From Patescibacteria group bacterium (GTDB lineage Bacteria; Patescibacteriota; Patescibacteriia; Patescibacteriales; WJLG01): 64,000 bases of DNA. Below the pieces are notes generated by a model. That model was not told the origin of the DNA and did no database searches. It saw nothing but the letters and a program-made list of their open reading frames with translations. Location of the stretch: positions 4,096-68,095 of the forward strand of contig JBAZHE010000003.1 in assembly GCA_041652555.1 (NCBI GenBank), read 5' to 3'. Made by a program: the position numbers and the translations under genes. Shown piece by piece: positions 63,101-64,000 of this stretch (the first letter of the stretch is position 1; each line of letters begins with the position of its first letter).

Positions 63101-64000
63101 ATGAAAATTCTTCTCGTTTCTTCTCAAGATTACATTCACCATCCAGTTCCAAGCCGTCATCATTATATTTTTGAAGAACTGGCAACACGTCATGAAATAC
63201 ACGTCGCGCATTTTCACGTAAGTAATAACAACGACCGCGCGACCCTTCTTATTCCTGAAGAAGTTACAATGTTTAATATCAAGTCCCCATTTTTGCATTA
63301 CACATTAAACGCGCCATATCATTTTTATAAATTTGATGCAATACTACATCACGAACATTATGATGCCGTGGTTGTAGCAAACATTCTCGCGGGCACAGCA
63401 GTGATCTGCGCGGCCAACAAATATAAGGTTCCCGTGGTTTTTGATTTAAAAGATTGGTTCCCGGACAGCGCGGCAATGTATATAAAAAATAATATTCTCA
63501 AGGAAGTCGTGCGCATGTCGGTTCTGGACATTACAAAATATAATCTTGAACGTAGTAATAAAATTGTCACGGTTTCCCCCTCACTGGTTAAAAAGTTAAA
63601 TGCGCTGGGATTCGAATCGGAACTTATTACAAACGGAGTGGATACCTCCATTTTTAAACCGATGCCAAAAACAAATGATAATGATTTCGTCATCGGGTTT
63701 GTAGGGAGTGTTGAACGTTGGTATGGTCTTGATGAAATAATTAAGGCTATGCCCAAATTGCTTAAATATAATCCTAATATGAAATTGCTCATTGTCGGGG
63801 ATTCATTATTTACTGAATATGGGAAGGAATTAAAATCTTTAGTTAATAATTTAAATTTATTTGATAATGTTATTTTTACCGGGTTGAAACCTTACAATGA
63901 ATTGCCACATTATATTTCTATGATGGATGTTTGTGCTATCCCCCCTATACCTCCACAGTGGAGAAACATTGCGTTACCAAATAAATTTTTTGAATATACC
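63101..64000 (+). CDS. GT-B (GT4-like) glycosyltransferase, 3' end beyond window
   Basis: Not in track (no stop in window); frame open for 300 codons from ATG 63101: MKILLVSSQDY...VSPSLVKKL...ITNGVDTSIF...FVGSVERWYGLD.. Confidence 0.7.
   Translation, partial: MKILLVSSQDYIHHPVPSRHHYIFEELATRHEIHVAHFHVSNNNDRATLLIPEEVTMFNIKSPFLHYTLNAPYHFYKFDAILHHEHYDAVVVANILAGTAVICAANKYKVPVVFDLKDWFPDSAAMYIKNNILKEVVRMSVLDITKYNLERSNKIVTVSPSLVKKLNALGFESELITNGVDTSIFKPMPKTNDNDFVIGFVGSVERWYGLDEIIKAMPKLLKYNPNMKLLIVGDSLFTEYGKELKSLVNNLNLFDNVIFTGLKPYNELPHYISMMDVCAIPPIPPQWRNIALPNKFFEYT

Noticed and set aside
62714-63476. ORFs 62714..63298(-), 62800..63174(+), 63279..63476(-), 63358..63792(-)
   Set aside because: They run across the tRNA(CAU) gene or antisense to the well-supported glycosyltransferase frame starting at 63101.

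Overview
AT-rich, very tightly packed 64-kb segment with short spacers and many ATGA-type stop/start overlaps. It reads as part of a large archaeal virus or virus-like mobile element, not cellular chromosome. First genes of transcription units have a BRE/TATA-like box about 25-32 nt upstream of an ATG with no RBS (leaderless), while internal genes have GGAGG-type RBS. Recognisable content, left to right: an IbrA/IbrB-like PAPS-reductase + ParB pair; three tandem NUMOD3/HNH endonuclease paralogs, with a fourth at 39.3 kb; an 8-gene tRNA array (5 Leu-type, 2 Ser, 1 Thr) plus isolated tRNA-Ala and tRNA-Met; a family-B DNA polymerase with a LAGLIDADG intein in the Exo II motif; an operon of small membrane proteins; a class II ribonucleotide reductase split by an ORF-less group I intron that divides the catalytic Cys codon; a Lar-like protein and an N4/N6 DNA methyltransferase; a glycosyltransferase/radical-SAM island whose B12-radical-SAM gene has an HNH intein inside the CxxxCxxC motif; a phage-like replication/recombination module (VRR-NUC, SF2 helicase, Cas4-like nuclease, DUF669-like, Sak4/AAA_24-like ATPase); a DUF262-HNH nuclease with an EcoRI-like methyltransferase; a primase-helicase beside an iteron-bearing AT-rich putative origin; and a Gtr-like surface-glycan module with several lipobox proteins. 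I saw no capsid, portal or terminase genes, rRNA or CRISPR. All calls rest on motifs read by eye and on hand-folded RNA structures. No searches or computations were run.
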